A stretch of 64,000 nucleotides of DNA. It comes from an uncultured Thermodesulfobacteriota bacterium (GTDB lineage: Bacteria; Desulfobacterota; GWC2-55-46; JADFVP01). The stretch spans positions 11,829-75,828 of the forward strand of contig CAYOVP010000001.1 in assembly GCA_964407495.1 (NCBI GenBank), written 5' to 3'. The translations under genes and the position numbers were made by a program. Each line of letters starts with the position of its first letter. Position 1 is the first letter of the stretch. Positions 40,301 to 50,383 of this stretch are shown here, piece by piece. The notes beneath the pieces are model-generated. The model was not told the origin of the DNA. It searched no databases and was given only the letters and a program-made list of their open reading frames with translations.

Positions 40301-40962
40301 AGAAACTCTCTGCCCAGATAGTGGTGGCCCTCGAGAACTCGCGCCTCGTGGGAGACCTGGAGAACCTCCTCATCTCCACCATAAAGACCCTCTCCGATAC
40401 CATTGATGCAAAGAGCCCCTGGACGCGCGGTCATTCAGAACGGGTTACGGCCCTTGCGCTGAAACTTGCGAGAAAATTCGGGATAGACGGCGACAGGCTC
40501 AAGGACTTTGAGATAGGCGGGCTCCTCCATGACATAGGCAAGATAGGCACCTATGAGGACATACTCAACAAGCCCGGCAAACTCACGCCCGAGGAGACAG
40601 AGCAACTCCAGAAACACCCCCTCAAGGGCGCAGAGATACTCTCCAATATTCGTCAACTCGAGCACATCGTTCCCATCGTCCGCCACCACCACGAGTTCTA
40701 CGACGGAAGGGGGTATCCCGACGGCCTCAAGGGCGAACTCATCCCCTTTGAGGCGCGCATACTCTCAGTGGCAGACACGGTGGATGCCATGGCATCGGAC
40801 AGGCCCTACAGAAAGGGCCTTCCCATGAAGTTCATCTTCGAGGAACTCAAGAGATGCTCTGGCAAGCAGTTCGACCCAAAGGTCGTGAGTGCCTTCTTCG
40901 GACTTGTCCGCTCCTCGGATGGAGACTTCATGGAGGGCCTGACCCTCAACGGATCGCTATAG
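37369..40962 (+). CDS. Multidomain response regulator: REC - PAS/PAC x3 - GAF x2-3 - HD-GYP (c-di-GMP phosphodiesterase type)
   Basis: REC (ILIIDDNAGARE..DICLPDMDG), several PAS/PAC and GAF segments, C-terminal HD domain with HD..GK and HHEFYDGRGYPDGL (HD-GYP signature). Confidence 0.88.
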   Translation: MEETRILIIDDNAGARETLSDILTEKGYSVTAVGRGVEALDLAARENFALALIDICLPDMDGITLLRGLKKLNPSMLAFIITGHSSRDNAIEALKAGADDYFIKPLNIDEVMRRAEQGLREMELRERLRQSEEKFRGLFESSNDAIMLLDEKSFIDCNEATLRVFRMKTKEEFLGCHPGELSPPRQEDGRDSISAANEKIKVALREGRNFFEWTHMRADGTTFPAEVLLSALTMEGRRVLQATVRDITERKRAIQDLDRLFNLSGSMACIIDFKGFFRRVSPAFTETLGYTTEELLARPVLDFIHPEDRARTLEARESKLMKGTEITDFENRYVCKDGRVKWLSWTSRPIPEDGIILAIAYDITRRKEDEDAFGALVRATAASTGQEFFDGLVSELSKWLGVDCCAIADIRDGKVVCLSMICDGDYLKDVEYDLVGSPCEKVVSSGYCEFPRDVRKLFPEYLPLQEMGAEGYVGSVLRDRHCRPIGVLSCFSRSPLTLPKKAKEVFSIMAARASAELERIRAEEAMRESEEKMRAISETAQDAIIIIDDLGTVVYWNPAAVRIFGYEEEEAVGRDFPDLLGSEKSREAFIKRFGAFRDTGKCPMVGRAIEMKATRKDGSVFPIEHAISTVRIKDRLYAIGMIRDISERKAAEENIKKEMEITLNLLKITEAIAHTDNLDELLDRIVESTGPVTGSDVTLCYLVENGRGQRIVPTSSAGLSRDQVPLFKTEFLDLHGSALREAFARGPQVVPSGDVARHFGWLHEIKTLAIIPLKGKTSEIGVLVLGYRQARDGLDEREMALLRGIGHHVSIAVEKARHAKDAIDRAMELSHEIETLEVMHEIDKTILSTLDASEIRLIAVNMIGRVVACDMCTLRLVDNKGGGLVYAAGFQSRGVDEAEFVPLGETSAIEVLATQRPQYISDLRKLHERLPFEERLLEAGYLSLIRLPLIVKSEITGIMSLASRRPAAFGPADLATLEKLSAQIVVALENSRLVGDLENLLISTIKTLSDTIDAKSPWTRGHSERVTALALKLARKFGIDGDRLKDFEIGGLLHDIGKIGTYEDILNKPGKLTPEETEQLQKHPLKGAEILSNIRQLEHIVPIVRHHHEFYDGRGYPDGLKGELIPFEARILSVADTVDAMASDRPYRKGLPMKFIFEELKRCSGKQFDPKVVSAFFGLVRSSDGDFMEGLTLNGSL

Positions 40963-41112
40963 CCCCGGAAAGACCAGGTCATTACCATCTCTTTAGGCCC
41001 GGCCCTCCCCGTAAACCCGGCACCTTCCCGGTTCCCCACTTCCCTTCCCCCATCATCAGGGCCTTTTCCTGTAGGATCTCTTCAGGATAAAAAAAGCCCC
41101 TGGCGCGGGCCT

Positions 41113-41709
41113 TCAACCGGCGAGGTTCGCCTTAACAAAGTCCCAGTTTATGAGGTTCTCTACAAAGGCCGCAAGGTAGTCGGGGCGGCGGTTCTGGTAA
41201 TCGAGGTAATAGGCGTGCTCCCAGACATCTACTGTAAGGAGCGGCTTGAGGCCCTGGGCAAGGGGGGTATCGGCATTGGCGGTCTTGATTATCTCCAGTT
41301 TCTCGTTACGAAGCACCAGCCAGGCCCAGCCGCTCCCGAACTGCGTTGCCCCTGCATTCTTCAGGGCCTCGGCGAACTTTTCGTACCCACCGAGGTCGGT
41401 GTTGATCTTCGCGAGTACAGCACCCGTGGGCTCGCCCCCTCCGCCGGGCTTCATGCACTGCCAGTAGAAGGCATGGTTCCAGGCCTGGGCCGCATTATTG
41501 AAGAGGCCGGTCTGGTCGGCCTTGCCAGCGGTCTTTTGTATTATGGTCTCGAGGTCTGCGCCCTCGAGGTCTGTACCCCCTATCATGGCCTTGGTCTTGT
41601 CTACATAGGCCTTGTGGTGCTTGCCATAATGAAACTCCAGAGTGCGTTCGCTGATGTAAGGGGCAAGGGCGTCTTTTGCGTATGGAAGGTCGGGCAGTGT
41701 TATGGCCAT
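41113..41709 (-). CDS. Fe/Mn superoxide dismutase
   Basis: MAITLPDLPY..LEFHYGKHH.. and the C-terminal metal-ligand motif DVWEHAYYL. Confidence 0.95.
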   Translation of the reverse strand: MAITLPDLPYAKDALAPYISERTLEFHYGKHHKAYVDKTKAMIGGTDLEGADLETIIQKTAGKADQTGLFNNAAQAWNHAFYWQCMKPGGGGEPTGAVLAKINTDLGGYEKFAEALKNAGATQFGSGWAWLVLRNEKLEIIKTANADTPLAQGLKPLLTVDVWEHAYYLDYQNRRPDYLAAFVENLINWDFVKANLAG

Positions 41710-41983
41710 TTTCAGTCCTCCTTGGTAAGAGAGAGTTACGCAGTGCGCGGTCTCAGTGCTGGCGGAAGGGCCGGTGCGGGTCTCTCTCAGGCACTCTCCT
41801 TTATCCGCCTCTCATGCTCGATATATATGAAGCATACTTCAAAAACAGGCCCTGTCAAGGACCAGCGCCACGCTGGTCTGGGCAGACGGTGCCGCGCGCA
41901 GATGGAAAGGGGCAGGAGGGATGGTCCTCCCTTGGAAGTGCCGATAGGGGGAGGTATCGGAACTCTTGTCTATTGCCAGATGA

Positions 41984-42421
41984 TTATCTTCTCTTCTTTT
42001 TCCGCATTGGCACGCACTGGCACGTTGCCGAGAGGTCGGAGCAGATGATGTACCAGGGTGCGATTATATCCGTATCGTCTGTAGTCAGGGGTACGCGTTT
42101 ACAGAGGGGTCTGCCGTGGTCCTGGTTCATGGAGACCCCCATGCAGGACTTTATATGGTCTTTCTCTGAGACCCTCTGGCAGTAGGCCCTGCAGTCGAGG
42201 GCCCATCTTATCTGTAGATCTGCCACGGCAGGCGTCTCATCGGAGCAGACCCCTACGTCCCATATCGCTGTCATGCATGCCTCGATGGTGGGATAGGTGT
42301 CTCCATTGGCAACCCAGGGGTCGTGGTAATGCTTTGGCGGTGAGCAGGCGTAGTGTGTGCAACCGGCGATTACGAGGAGCGCGGCAAGGACAAGGGGGAG
42401 TATGGCTCTCTCTGTCATCAT
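41984..42421 (-). CDS. Cysteine-rich putative lipoprotein (11 Cys in 145 aa), hypothetical
   Basis: Signal peptide with lipobox LVIAGC, many Cys, basic KKKRR C-terminus. No recognisable domain. Confidence 0.5.
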   Translation of the reverse strand: MMTERAILPLVLAALLVIAGCTHYACSPPKHYHDPWVANGDTYPTIEACMTAIWDVGVCSDETPAVADLQIRWALDCRAYCQRVSEKDHIKSCMGVSMNQDHGRPLCKRVPLTTDDTDIIAPWYIICSDLSATCQCVPMRKKKRR

Positions 42422-42803
42422 ATCCTCTCTCTACCGGCTGGTCGGCACTGGCTCCTCTGCCGAGGGTTTGCCTGTACGGGTAAGGTGGGGCCCCTATCTT
42501 CGTGGGGTCCCGTTGCGTATCAGTTTAACAGAAGGCGGGCCTTTCTTCAATGACGATGGACAGGTGCTGCCCTGCCCATTTGCCATGCCTTTGTGGGACC
42601 GCTCCCTCTTGCAAACCCTGAGAAGGGGGGGCGCTTTCGAAGTGGGGGGCGGTCTTTTTGTCCTTCTGCTGGGAAGGGTCGGCAATTTTCTTCGGATAAT
42701 GCGACTAAAGACTTTTAATTTTCAGATAAATCAGGTATCTTGTCTCTTAATCCGTACAATCTATAAGGCAAGGTCAGGGAGAAGTCTAAAGGAGACCCTG
42801 CAG

Positions 42804-43187
42804 ATGGTAAACCACAAACTTGTCCTGCCAGAGCACCTCAATCACTACGGGTATCTCTTTGGCGGTTATCTACTTCGCTGGGTGGACGAGTATGCATATA
42901 TTACGGCCAACCTGGACTTTCCGGGCCACAGGTTCGTTACCATAGGCCTTGAGAACGTGGTCTTCAAGAAGGCCATACGCATGGGCTCTGTCCTGAGGTT
43001 CGAGATAGACCTTGCCAGGCGGGGACGCACGTCTGTTACGTACAATGTGCGCGTGTTCTGCGATTCCATCGAGTCTGGCGAGAAGACCCTTGTCTTCGAG
43101 AACCGCATAACATTTGTAAATATCGACAAGGAGGGCAAAAAGGAGCCCATCGAGGCGCAAGATACGAGAGGGGTCGTCAGGACCTGA
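42804..43187 (+). CDS. Hotdog-fold acyl-CoA thioesterase (YciA/4HBT-like)
   Basis: KLVLPEHLNHYGYLFGGYLLRWVDEYAY... matches the hotdog thioesterase N-terminus. ATG 42804 preceded by an AAAGGAG SD. The longer ORF 42357-43187 upstream part is non-coding read-through. Confidence 0.8.
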   Translation: MVNHKLVLPEHLNHYGYLFGGYLLRWVDEYAYITANLDFPGHRFVTIGLENVVFKKAIRMGSVLRFEIDLARRGRTSVTYNVRVFCDSIESGEKTLVFENRITFVNIDKEGKKEPIEAQDTRGVVRT

Positions 43188-43252
43188 CCGCCCACTGCCA
43201 AGGGTATGCCCCTTGTGCAAGACTACTACGAAGAAGCAGAGGAGGAAGAGAG

Positions 43253-43879
43253 ATGCAGTTGAAGGAACTCCTTGAGAGGAACAAGCACTGGGCCAAAAAG
43301 ATAACGGGTATCAACCCGACTTTTTTCTCCGACCTTGCCAGGGAACAGAAACCAGGCCTCCTCTGGATAGGTTGCTCTGACAGCAGGGCCCCTGCGATCG
43401 AGGTCGTAGACCTCCTGCCTGGTTCCATCTTCGTACACCGCAACATCGCGAACCTCGTGGTACATACAGACCTCAACTGCCTCTCTGTCATCCAGTACGC
43501 GGTACAGGTACTTAACATAAATGACATAATCGTCTGCGGACACTACGGCTGTGGAGGTGTGAAGGCCGCCATGGACGGTAAGGAGCACGGCCTCATAGAC
43601 AACTGGCTCCGTCACATAAAGGACATATACCGCTATCACCAGGAGAAGATAGACGCGGTGAAGGACTTCAGGGAGCGGTGGAACCTCCTCTCTGAACTCA
43701 ATACAATCGAGCAGGTCTATAATGTCTGCCACACCACCATCGTACAGAACGCCTGGAAGGCTGGCAGGCCCCTCAGCGTACATGGCTGGGTGTACAATAT
43801 CGAGACAGGCCGCCTCAAGGACCTCGGTGTCTCCATATCAGATGCAGAGGGGATTTCGCGTCAACACAGGATGGGCTGA
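43253..43879 (+). CDS. Beta-class carbonic anhydrase
   Basis: Zn ligands in CSDSR and HxxCGG motifs (GCSDSRAPA..., CGHYGCGGV). Confidence 0.92.
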   Translation: MQLKELLERNKHWAKKITGINPTFFSDLAREQKPGLLWIGCSDSRAPAIEVVDLLPGSIFVHRNIANLVVHTDLNCLSVIQYAVQVLNINDIIVCGHYGCGGVKAAMDGKEHGLIDNWLRHIKDIYRYHQEKIDAVKDFRERWNLLSELNTIEQVYNVCHTTIVQNAWKAGRPLSVHGWVYNIETGRLKDLGVSISDAEGISRQHRMG

Positions 43880-44142
43880 ACATGCTTCTACACCTGCAGT
43901 TGGGTTTGTGTAGCCCAGGCCCCTGTGCCAAGTTTTCCTCATGTCGTGGGGCAGAGGGGCGCCTACCCTAATTCACCTCATACGAGTTTTTTCCATTTCT
44001 TAACAACCCCTCAAGGCCCGGGTTTACCCTGGTGAGGACTCCCAGGTGGCAGTGCAGACCGTATGGCCGCCTGGCCCTGTATCTTCCGTCCTCCATGCTG
44101 GTTTGTCGCCTTGGGGTATACCCTCTGCCTAAAAAAAAAGAC

Positions 44143-44174
44143 TTGACTCTGGAGCCTACTCCAGGGTTTATACT
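44143..44174 (+). promoter_or_regulatory. MerR-type promoter/operator: TTGACT -35, 19-nt spacer with dyad CTGGAG-N4-CTCCAG, then -10 (TTATACT)
   Basis: TTGACT (44143-44148) + ctggagcctactccagggt (19 nt) + ttatact. The over-long 19-bp spacer with an embedded inverted repeat is the hallmark of MerR-family activated promoters. ATG of merR is at 44181. Confidence 0.75.
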
Positions 44175-44180
44175 CGGGGT

Positions 44181-44573
44181 ATGAAGATAGGCGAGTTCTC
44201 CAGACTGGCCGGCGTCTCTGTTGATACTGTGCGCTACTACGAAGGCAGGGGACTGCTGGAAAAACCGGCCCGCAGGGAGTCCGGTTACAGGGTGTACTCT
44301 GGCAAGGACCTCAGGCGTCTCAGGTTTATCATCCATGCCAAGGAACTGGGTTTCACCCTCCATGAGATAGGGCAACTTCTCTCCATACGCTCTGATGGGA
44401 GTGAGTGCGAGAGCGTCAAGGCCCTGGCAGAGCAGAAGGCGGAGGAAATGGAGGAGCGGATGAGAAAGATGGCCCGCATGAGGGACGTGCTCCTTGAACT
44501 TGCAGAAAAGTGCGGCGAGAGGGGAGGCCTTGACCCCTGTCCCATCCTGAAGGCCCTGGAGGAAGAAGGATGA
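44181..44573 (+). CDS. merR: Hg(II)-responsive transcriptional regulator MerR
   Basis: N-terminal HTH MKIGEFSRLAGVSVDTVRYYEGRGLL. Cys76/Cys111/Cys120 spaced 35 and 9 residues apart, the same spacing I recall for the Hg-coordinating Cys82/117/126 of Tn501 MerR, with C-x8-CP. Confidence 0.9.
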   Translation: MKIGEFSRLAGVSVDTVRYYEGRGLLEKPARRESGYRVYSGKDLRRLRFIIHAKELGFTLHEIGQLLSIRSDGSECESVKALAEQKAEEMEERMRKMARMRDVLLELAEKCGERGGLDPCPILKALEEEG

Positions 44574-44905
44574 ACGTGCCGGGCCCAAAGGGAGAGAAGA
44601 CGAGCCTCATTGGCGCGGTCATCGCAGGAGGGCTTGCCTCGGCCTGCTGCGTGGGGCCTCTTCTGGTGGTCCTCCTGGGCCTCGGCTCGGCAGGGGTTTT
44701 TGTGAAGATGGAACCACTGAGGCCCCTATTCGCCCTTATTACCCTTTCGCTAATCGGCATCGCGGGCTTCAGACACGTAAGGGGCAGAAGGGCGTGCGCC
44801 GCGGGCGGCTGCGCACCCCGTAGGCCTGTAATGCTCTTTATCCTCGGCGGACTCGCGCTCCTCCTGCTCCTTCTTCCCTCGGTCCTGCCCTATATTATCG
44901 AGTAA
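44570..44905 (+). CDS. merT: Mercuric transport protein MerT
   Basis: TM1 vicinal Cys pair in GGLASACCVGPLLVVLLGLG, ~111 aa with 3 TM helices, overlaps the merR stop. Confidence 0.88.
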   Translation: MNVPGPKGEKTSLIGAVIAGGLASACCVGPLLVVLLGLGSAGVFVKMEPLRPLFALITLSLIGIAGFRHVRGRRACAAGGCAPRRPVMLFILGGLALLLLLLPSVLPYIIE

Positions 44906-44917
44906 GGAGAACTTATC

Positions 44918-45214
44918 ATGGGAAAATTATTAATAGTCGTCATGCTCGCCGTCCTTGCGGCCATACCGGCAAGATACGCATCTTCAAAGGAGGCGACGGC
45001 TGTAATCCACGTATCCGGCATGACCTGCAACATGTGCCCCATAACCATACGCCGCCGCGTCCTCAAGATGGAGGGCGTACTGGAGGCACAAGTGGACCGA
45101 AAGGCCGGGAGAGCGAACGTGACGTATGACGACAGCCTGCTCTCTGCCGAGGCTATTGCCAGGGCCGTAACGGAACTTGGATATCCGGCGGAGTTGGAGG
45201 AAGAAAAGAAATGA
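44918..45214 (+). CDS. merP: Periplasmic mercury-binding protein MerP (HMA domain)
   Basis: Signal peptide plus GMTCNMCP metal-binding motif (GMTCxxC). Confidence 0.9.
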   Translation: MGKLLIVVMLAVLAAIPARYASSKEATAVIHVSGMTCNMCPITIRRRVLKMEGVLEAQVDRKAGRANVTYDDSLLSAEAIARAVTELGYPAELEEEKK

Positions 45215-45318
45215 AGAAGACAGAGAACAGGAAGGCGGGCTGGGCGGGGTTTATAATCTTTGCTGTAATACTCGTGGGCATCGTATATCTTATGACCAGG
45301 TGCGGCGGCACCTGTTAG
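45211..45318 (+). CDS. 35-aa single-TM peptide with C-terminal CxxxC (MKKTENRKAGWAGFIIFAVILVGIVYLMTRCGGTC), translationally coupled to merP
   Basis: ATG overlaps the merP stop (ATGA). GGAGG SD 10 nt upstream. Basic N-terminus, one hydrophobic helix, C-terminal CGGTC. Below the ORF-track size cutoff; coding status is an inference. Confidence 0.45.
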   Translation: MKKTENRKAGWAGFIIFAVILVGIVYLMTRCGGTC

Positions 45319-45322
45319 TGCC

Positions 45323-46991
<1,669 letters not shown>

Positions 46992-47063
46992 GGCCATGAG
47001 GCAGGACCCATCCCCTCCTTACACATTGACAAGCCAGAGGTAAAGATTGTAAGATATTGCCGT

Positions 47064-47136
47064 CTTTTCCAGCGCCCTCTGGGCCGCTGGAAAAGGTTTA
47101 CCCTGTCTTACTTTCTCTTTTCAAAGAGAGAGTAAG
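47064..47136. repeat. Two tandem intergenic stem-loops downstream of merA; the second shares the CTGTCTTACTTTCT...AGTAAGG core with the hairpin at 11039-11070
   Basis: Hairpin 47064-47095 (11-bp stem CTTTTCCAGCG/CGCTGGAAAAG). Hairpin 47107-47136 (12-bp stem CTTACTTTCTCT/AGAGAGAGTAAG with one G-T pair) followed by a T-rich tract. Confidence 0.65.
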
Positions 47137-47181
47137 GTCTTTTAATATTCGGGCCTTTCTCGTTTCTTGTAAGGAGGTAGC

Positions 47182-48957
47182 ATGTTTCTCGATAAAAAAC
47201 GGGGCCTTGGCGCCCTGTTGGTATTTTTTGTTCTGAGTCTTTTCGTTCTGGCCGGGTGCTCGAAGGGTCCTCAGAAGCCGGCTGGCAAGGCCTCCGTTGA
47301 GAAGGAGGCGACAGATGCGGCAAGGCCCGCCTCTGCCGAGAAGGCCGCAGCCGCTACGGAAAAGGCCGCCAAAGGTGGGGCCAGTACCCGGGCAGATGTA
47401 AAAACCGGCAAAAAGGTCTGGATAGAAAAGTGGATATATGCCCGCCCCATGCAGAAAAAGCGCGCAGGAGTGGCCGCCGTGGCCATAGGCAGGCGTATCT
47501 ACGCCATAGGAGGCGGCGAGTTCAGCAAGAAGGGGCTCAAGATCTTCAAGAGCGTTGAGTATGCCGATGTCCGGCCCGACGGTACGCTAAGCCCCTGGAA
47601 GTATTCCTCGCCCCTTACCATGCCCCGTGTCTACCCAGTTGCTGTTATTCACGATGGCTATATCTATGTCATGGGGGGCGAGTCCCTTGACGAGGTCTAC
47701 ACTGGCGCCGAGGACCAGAAGCCGCCGCGCCTTCTTAAATCCGTGGAGCGTGCACGGATTAACCCGGATGGTACCATCGGAAAGTGGACTCTCGAGAAGG
47801 TAAAGATGCACTTCCCACGCCGTGGTGGAGAGGTCTTCGCCGTGGACGGCTGGCTCTATGCCGGAGGGGGCTTTGGCGGAGACTTCCTGAACGACGTAGA
47901 GCGAGCCAGGATAAACACTGACGGCAGTCTCGGCACCTGGGAGGACGATAGTTTCTATAACCACGATAGGTACATCTCTGGTTTTGCCAGAAAGGGCCGC
48001 AGGCTCTATGTCATCGGCGGACACGTGAACAGCCCGGAGAGGGCCATGGAGTCCGTGGAGACTGCGGTGGCAAACCCTGACGGCACACTCACAGAGTGGG
48101 CAGAGACGAGCCCCCTGTATACGAGGCGTTTTCTGAATACGGCCTTAGTGGCGGGAGACACGCTCTATACCTTTGCAGGTCATAATACCATAAACCTGAC
48201 GAGCGTGGAGAGGGCAAGGATCCTTGAGGACGGGACCCTCGGGAAATGGGAGCCCGATACCTCTCTTAATGTGCCGCGCCGCGCCGCCTCCTCGGTTCTG
48301 GTGGGAGACAGGATCTACGTCATAGGCGGGATGATAAAGCCTATGGGGTTCTCCGACTCAGTGGACGTTGTGGAGACCGCCCAGATAGTGGAGGGAAAGA
48401 AACTCGGTAATTATGTTGCCCCTGACTCTGAGGATGCCAGGGAGTACGAGGTCCTTAAGGACACGGTGCCAACTGATGCGCGTAACCATATTTCGCACGG
48501 CAAGGCCTACTTCAAGAGAAGGGCATACAAGAGCGTACTCTTTGATGCCAAGGAGGCCCTAAAGGAGGCCCCCGGCCTGCCAGAGGCATACAACCTGATG
48601 GCTGACGCATACTTTGCCCTTGGACAGAAGAAGAAGGCAGAGAAGGCCCTCGAGGACTCGCTGCACTCAAAGGAGAACTTCTACGCCCTCATGGGCCTTG
48701 CATATGTTGCCTTTGACAGGGAAGACTTCGAGAAATCAATAGGTTATTACGAGCGTGCCGCGGCCCTGAAGCCCGATAACGTCACCGCGCGTTTCAACCT
48801 CGGCGAGGCATACCTCAATGCCGGGAGGTATGAAGACGCCGAGAAGGAGTTCAAGTGGGTCCTCGGCGTGCGGCCAGACCTCGAGGAAGCCAAACTATAC
48901 CTCAATATGAGCCGCAGGCACGTGGGGGGCAGAGCGGGCAAGAAGGGCCAAAAGTAG
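47182..48957 (+). CDS. Lipoprotein with Kelch-type beta-propeller repeats and C-terminal TPR repeats
   Basis: Lipobox LAGC. Six repeats with the Kelch-like hallmark (RIYAIGG, YIYVMGG, WLYAGGG, RLYVIGG, TLYTFAG, RIYVIGG). C-terminal TPR-like helices (..AYNLMADAYFALGQKKKAEKALE.., ..ARFNLGEAYLNAGRYEDAE..). Confidence 0.8.
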   Translation: MFLDKKRGLGALLVFFVLSLFVLAGCSKGPQKPAGKASVEKEATDAARPASAEKAAAATEKAAKGGASTRADVKTGKKVWIEKWIYARPMQKKRAGVAAVAIGRRIYAIGGGEFSKKGLKIFKSVEYADVRPDGTLSPWKYSSPLTMPRVYPVAVIHDGYIYVMGGESLDEVYTGAEDQKPPRLLKSVERARINPDGTIGKWTLEKVKMHFPRRGGEVFAVDGWLYAGGGFGGDFLNDVERARINTDGSLGTWEDDSFYNHDRYISGFARKGRRLYVIGGHVNSPERAMESVETAVANPDGTLTEWAETSPLYTRRFLNTALVAGDTLYTFAGHNTINLTSVERARILEDGTLGKWEPDTSLNVPRRAASSVLVGDRIYVIGGMIKPMGFSDSVDVVETAQIVEGKKLGNYVAPDSEDAREYEVLKDTVPTDARNHISHGKAYFKRRAYKSVLFDAKEALKEAPGLPEAYNLMADAYFALGQKKKAEKALEDSLHSKENFYALMGLAYVAFDREDFEKSIGYYERAAALKPDNVTARFNLGEAYLNAGRYEDAEKEFKWVLGVRPDLEEAKLYLNMSRRHVGGRAGKKGQK

Positions 48958-49185
48958 GAGAGATGGAGAAAGGGGAGTCAGTGGCCGAGGGCACGAAGGG
49001 CCCTTTTGTCTCCTTGATCCAGGGACGAATTATTCAGAGATTTTAGCATACAAGTAACCCCCGTCTTTTAGGGGAGAAACTATTCACCGGAAAGTGCCTT
49101 GGCCGGTGCAGGGCGCAGGGGTGTAGAAGGGAAAAACTCTTCCACCGGCCTTCTGGCCGGTGGAACAATAATGGACGGGACGAGG

Positions 49186-49227
49186 GGAATCAAGTAAAAA
49201 AAACGGTGGGCCTGGAGAGATGGCACA
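49186..49227. terminator. Bidirectional terminator between convergent genes (A8 - interrupted 9-bp stem - T7); additional perfect hairpin at 49142-49163
   Basis: aaaaaaaaCGGTGGGCCtggagagatGGCACACCGttttttt. Also CCACCGGCC-ttct-GGCCGGTGG at 49142-49163. Confidence 0.6.
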
Positions 49228-49241
49228 CCGTTTTTTTGTAT

Positions 49242-49610
49242 TCACTTTGCCGAGCACTTGCAGAGTTGGCGCAGGTAGTCTTTTAGTTCGCTTATCTCTT
49301 TCTTCGTGAGGGTATCGCCAAAGGGCGGCATCATGCGTGACCTGTTCGTAGCGGCCCCGCCTTCTCTTATGACGTTGATGAGGTCCTCGTCGCTGAGTTG
49401 GCTCATCTTCGCGGCATTGGTGTGGTTTCGCGGCCTGACAGGCTGTGTGGGGGTGTTGTTGGGGCCGTCACCCTTGCCATAGAGGCCGTGGCATGCCGCG
49501 CAGTAGAAGCGGTAGACTTCCTTGGCCGTTCCGGCACTGGCCGGGCCCATGGTAAGGGCACTGAGAAAGACGATGAGTGCCGCTGTCTTTAGAAGGATCC
49601 TGAAACTCAT
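49242..49610 (-). CDS. Monoheme c-type cytochrome (class I, secreted)
   Basis: Signal peptide, single CAACHG heme-binding motif, Met ligand region (MMPPFG). Confidence 0.85.
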   Translation of the reverse strand: MSFRILLKTAALIVFLSALTMGPASAGTAKEVYRFYCAACHGLYGKGDGPNNTPTQPVRPRNHTNAAKMSQLSDEDLINVIREGGAATNRSRMMPPFGDTLTKKEISELKDYLRQLCKCSAK

Positions 49611-49627
49611 GCCCTTTTCCAGTAGGT

Positions 49628-50383
49628 TTATTCCTGCGCCGCAACGTACTCCACAAGGGCCCTGAGTTTGACCTCTGAGAGCATCTTGGAGTACCTTGGC
49701 ATGGGGCTCGTGGGTGTGAAGGCCCCTGGGTTTTTTATGTAAGAGTAAATCCAGTCAGGGTTCAGCCTCTTTGCCGTCCCAATAAGGGTAGGGCCCGTGA
49801 GACCGCCCACAACCTTGGAGCCCCGCCTGATGGTGTGACACCCGTAGCACCCGAGTTTTTTCTGGAATATGAACCTGCCTCGCACCGTTGCCCGGGGCTT
49901 GATGTTGGCCTCCATTACATCAGGTGACTTGAGACCCCGGAGGTAGGCCGCTACCTCCACCGCCTCTCTTGCCGGGAGGGCCATATGATTGCCGTCGTTT
50001 TTCTCTGTAAGGGAGTTGTACTTCATCCCGCGTATGGGTGTTGGGTGGCGGAGCCAGGCCTCGATGAAGCCTTCTCTGAACTTGCTCCCTGCATACCAGA
50101 GCGCAGGCCCCTTCTCGCTGAGCCTCTCCTCTATGGTGGGCTTCTTTCCTGGTCTCTTTACGCTGTGGCAGGAGGCGCACTTGGCCCTGAAGATGGCCCT
50201 GCCGCTACCGGGCCCGGCCATTACCGTTGTAGCCATGAGCAACATGGCCGTAAAGAACGAGAGGACAAGAAGGAACTCGGTGCCCCTCCTGGGGATGCGA
50301 GGGTCTCTTGGGCCAGTTGGCCGGGCCTCCCTGGCAGGAGATTGCCATATTCCGCCCCTTCTCTGTTCTGCGTGCATTGCCAT
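49628..50383 (-). CDS. Diheme c-type cytochrome
   Basis: Two CxxCH motifs (CASCHS, CYGCHT), N-terminal TM/signal (FLLVLSFFTAMLLMATTVMA). Start may be an internal Met (~50287). Confidence 0.8.
   Translation of the reverse strand: MAMHAEQRRGGIWQSPAREARPTGPRDPRIPRRGTEFLLVLSFFTAMLLMATTVMAGPGSGRAIFRAKCASCHSVKRPGKKPTIEERLSEKGPALWYAGSKFREGFIEAWLRHPTPIRGMKYNSLTEKNDGNHMALPAREAVEVAAYLRGLKSPDVMEANIKPRATVRGRFIFQKKLGCYGCHTIRRGSKVVGGLTGPTLIGTAKRLNPDWIYSYIKNPGAFTPTSPMPRYSKMLSEVKLRALVEYVAAQE

Noticed and set aside
42357-42803. Upstream 149 codons of ORF 42357-43187
   Set aside because: The hotdog thioesterase domain begins at MVNHK (ATG 42804 with a good SD). The upstream part is low-complexity and spans an obvious intergenic, AT-richer region.
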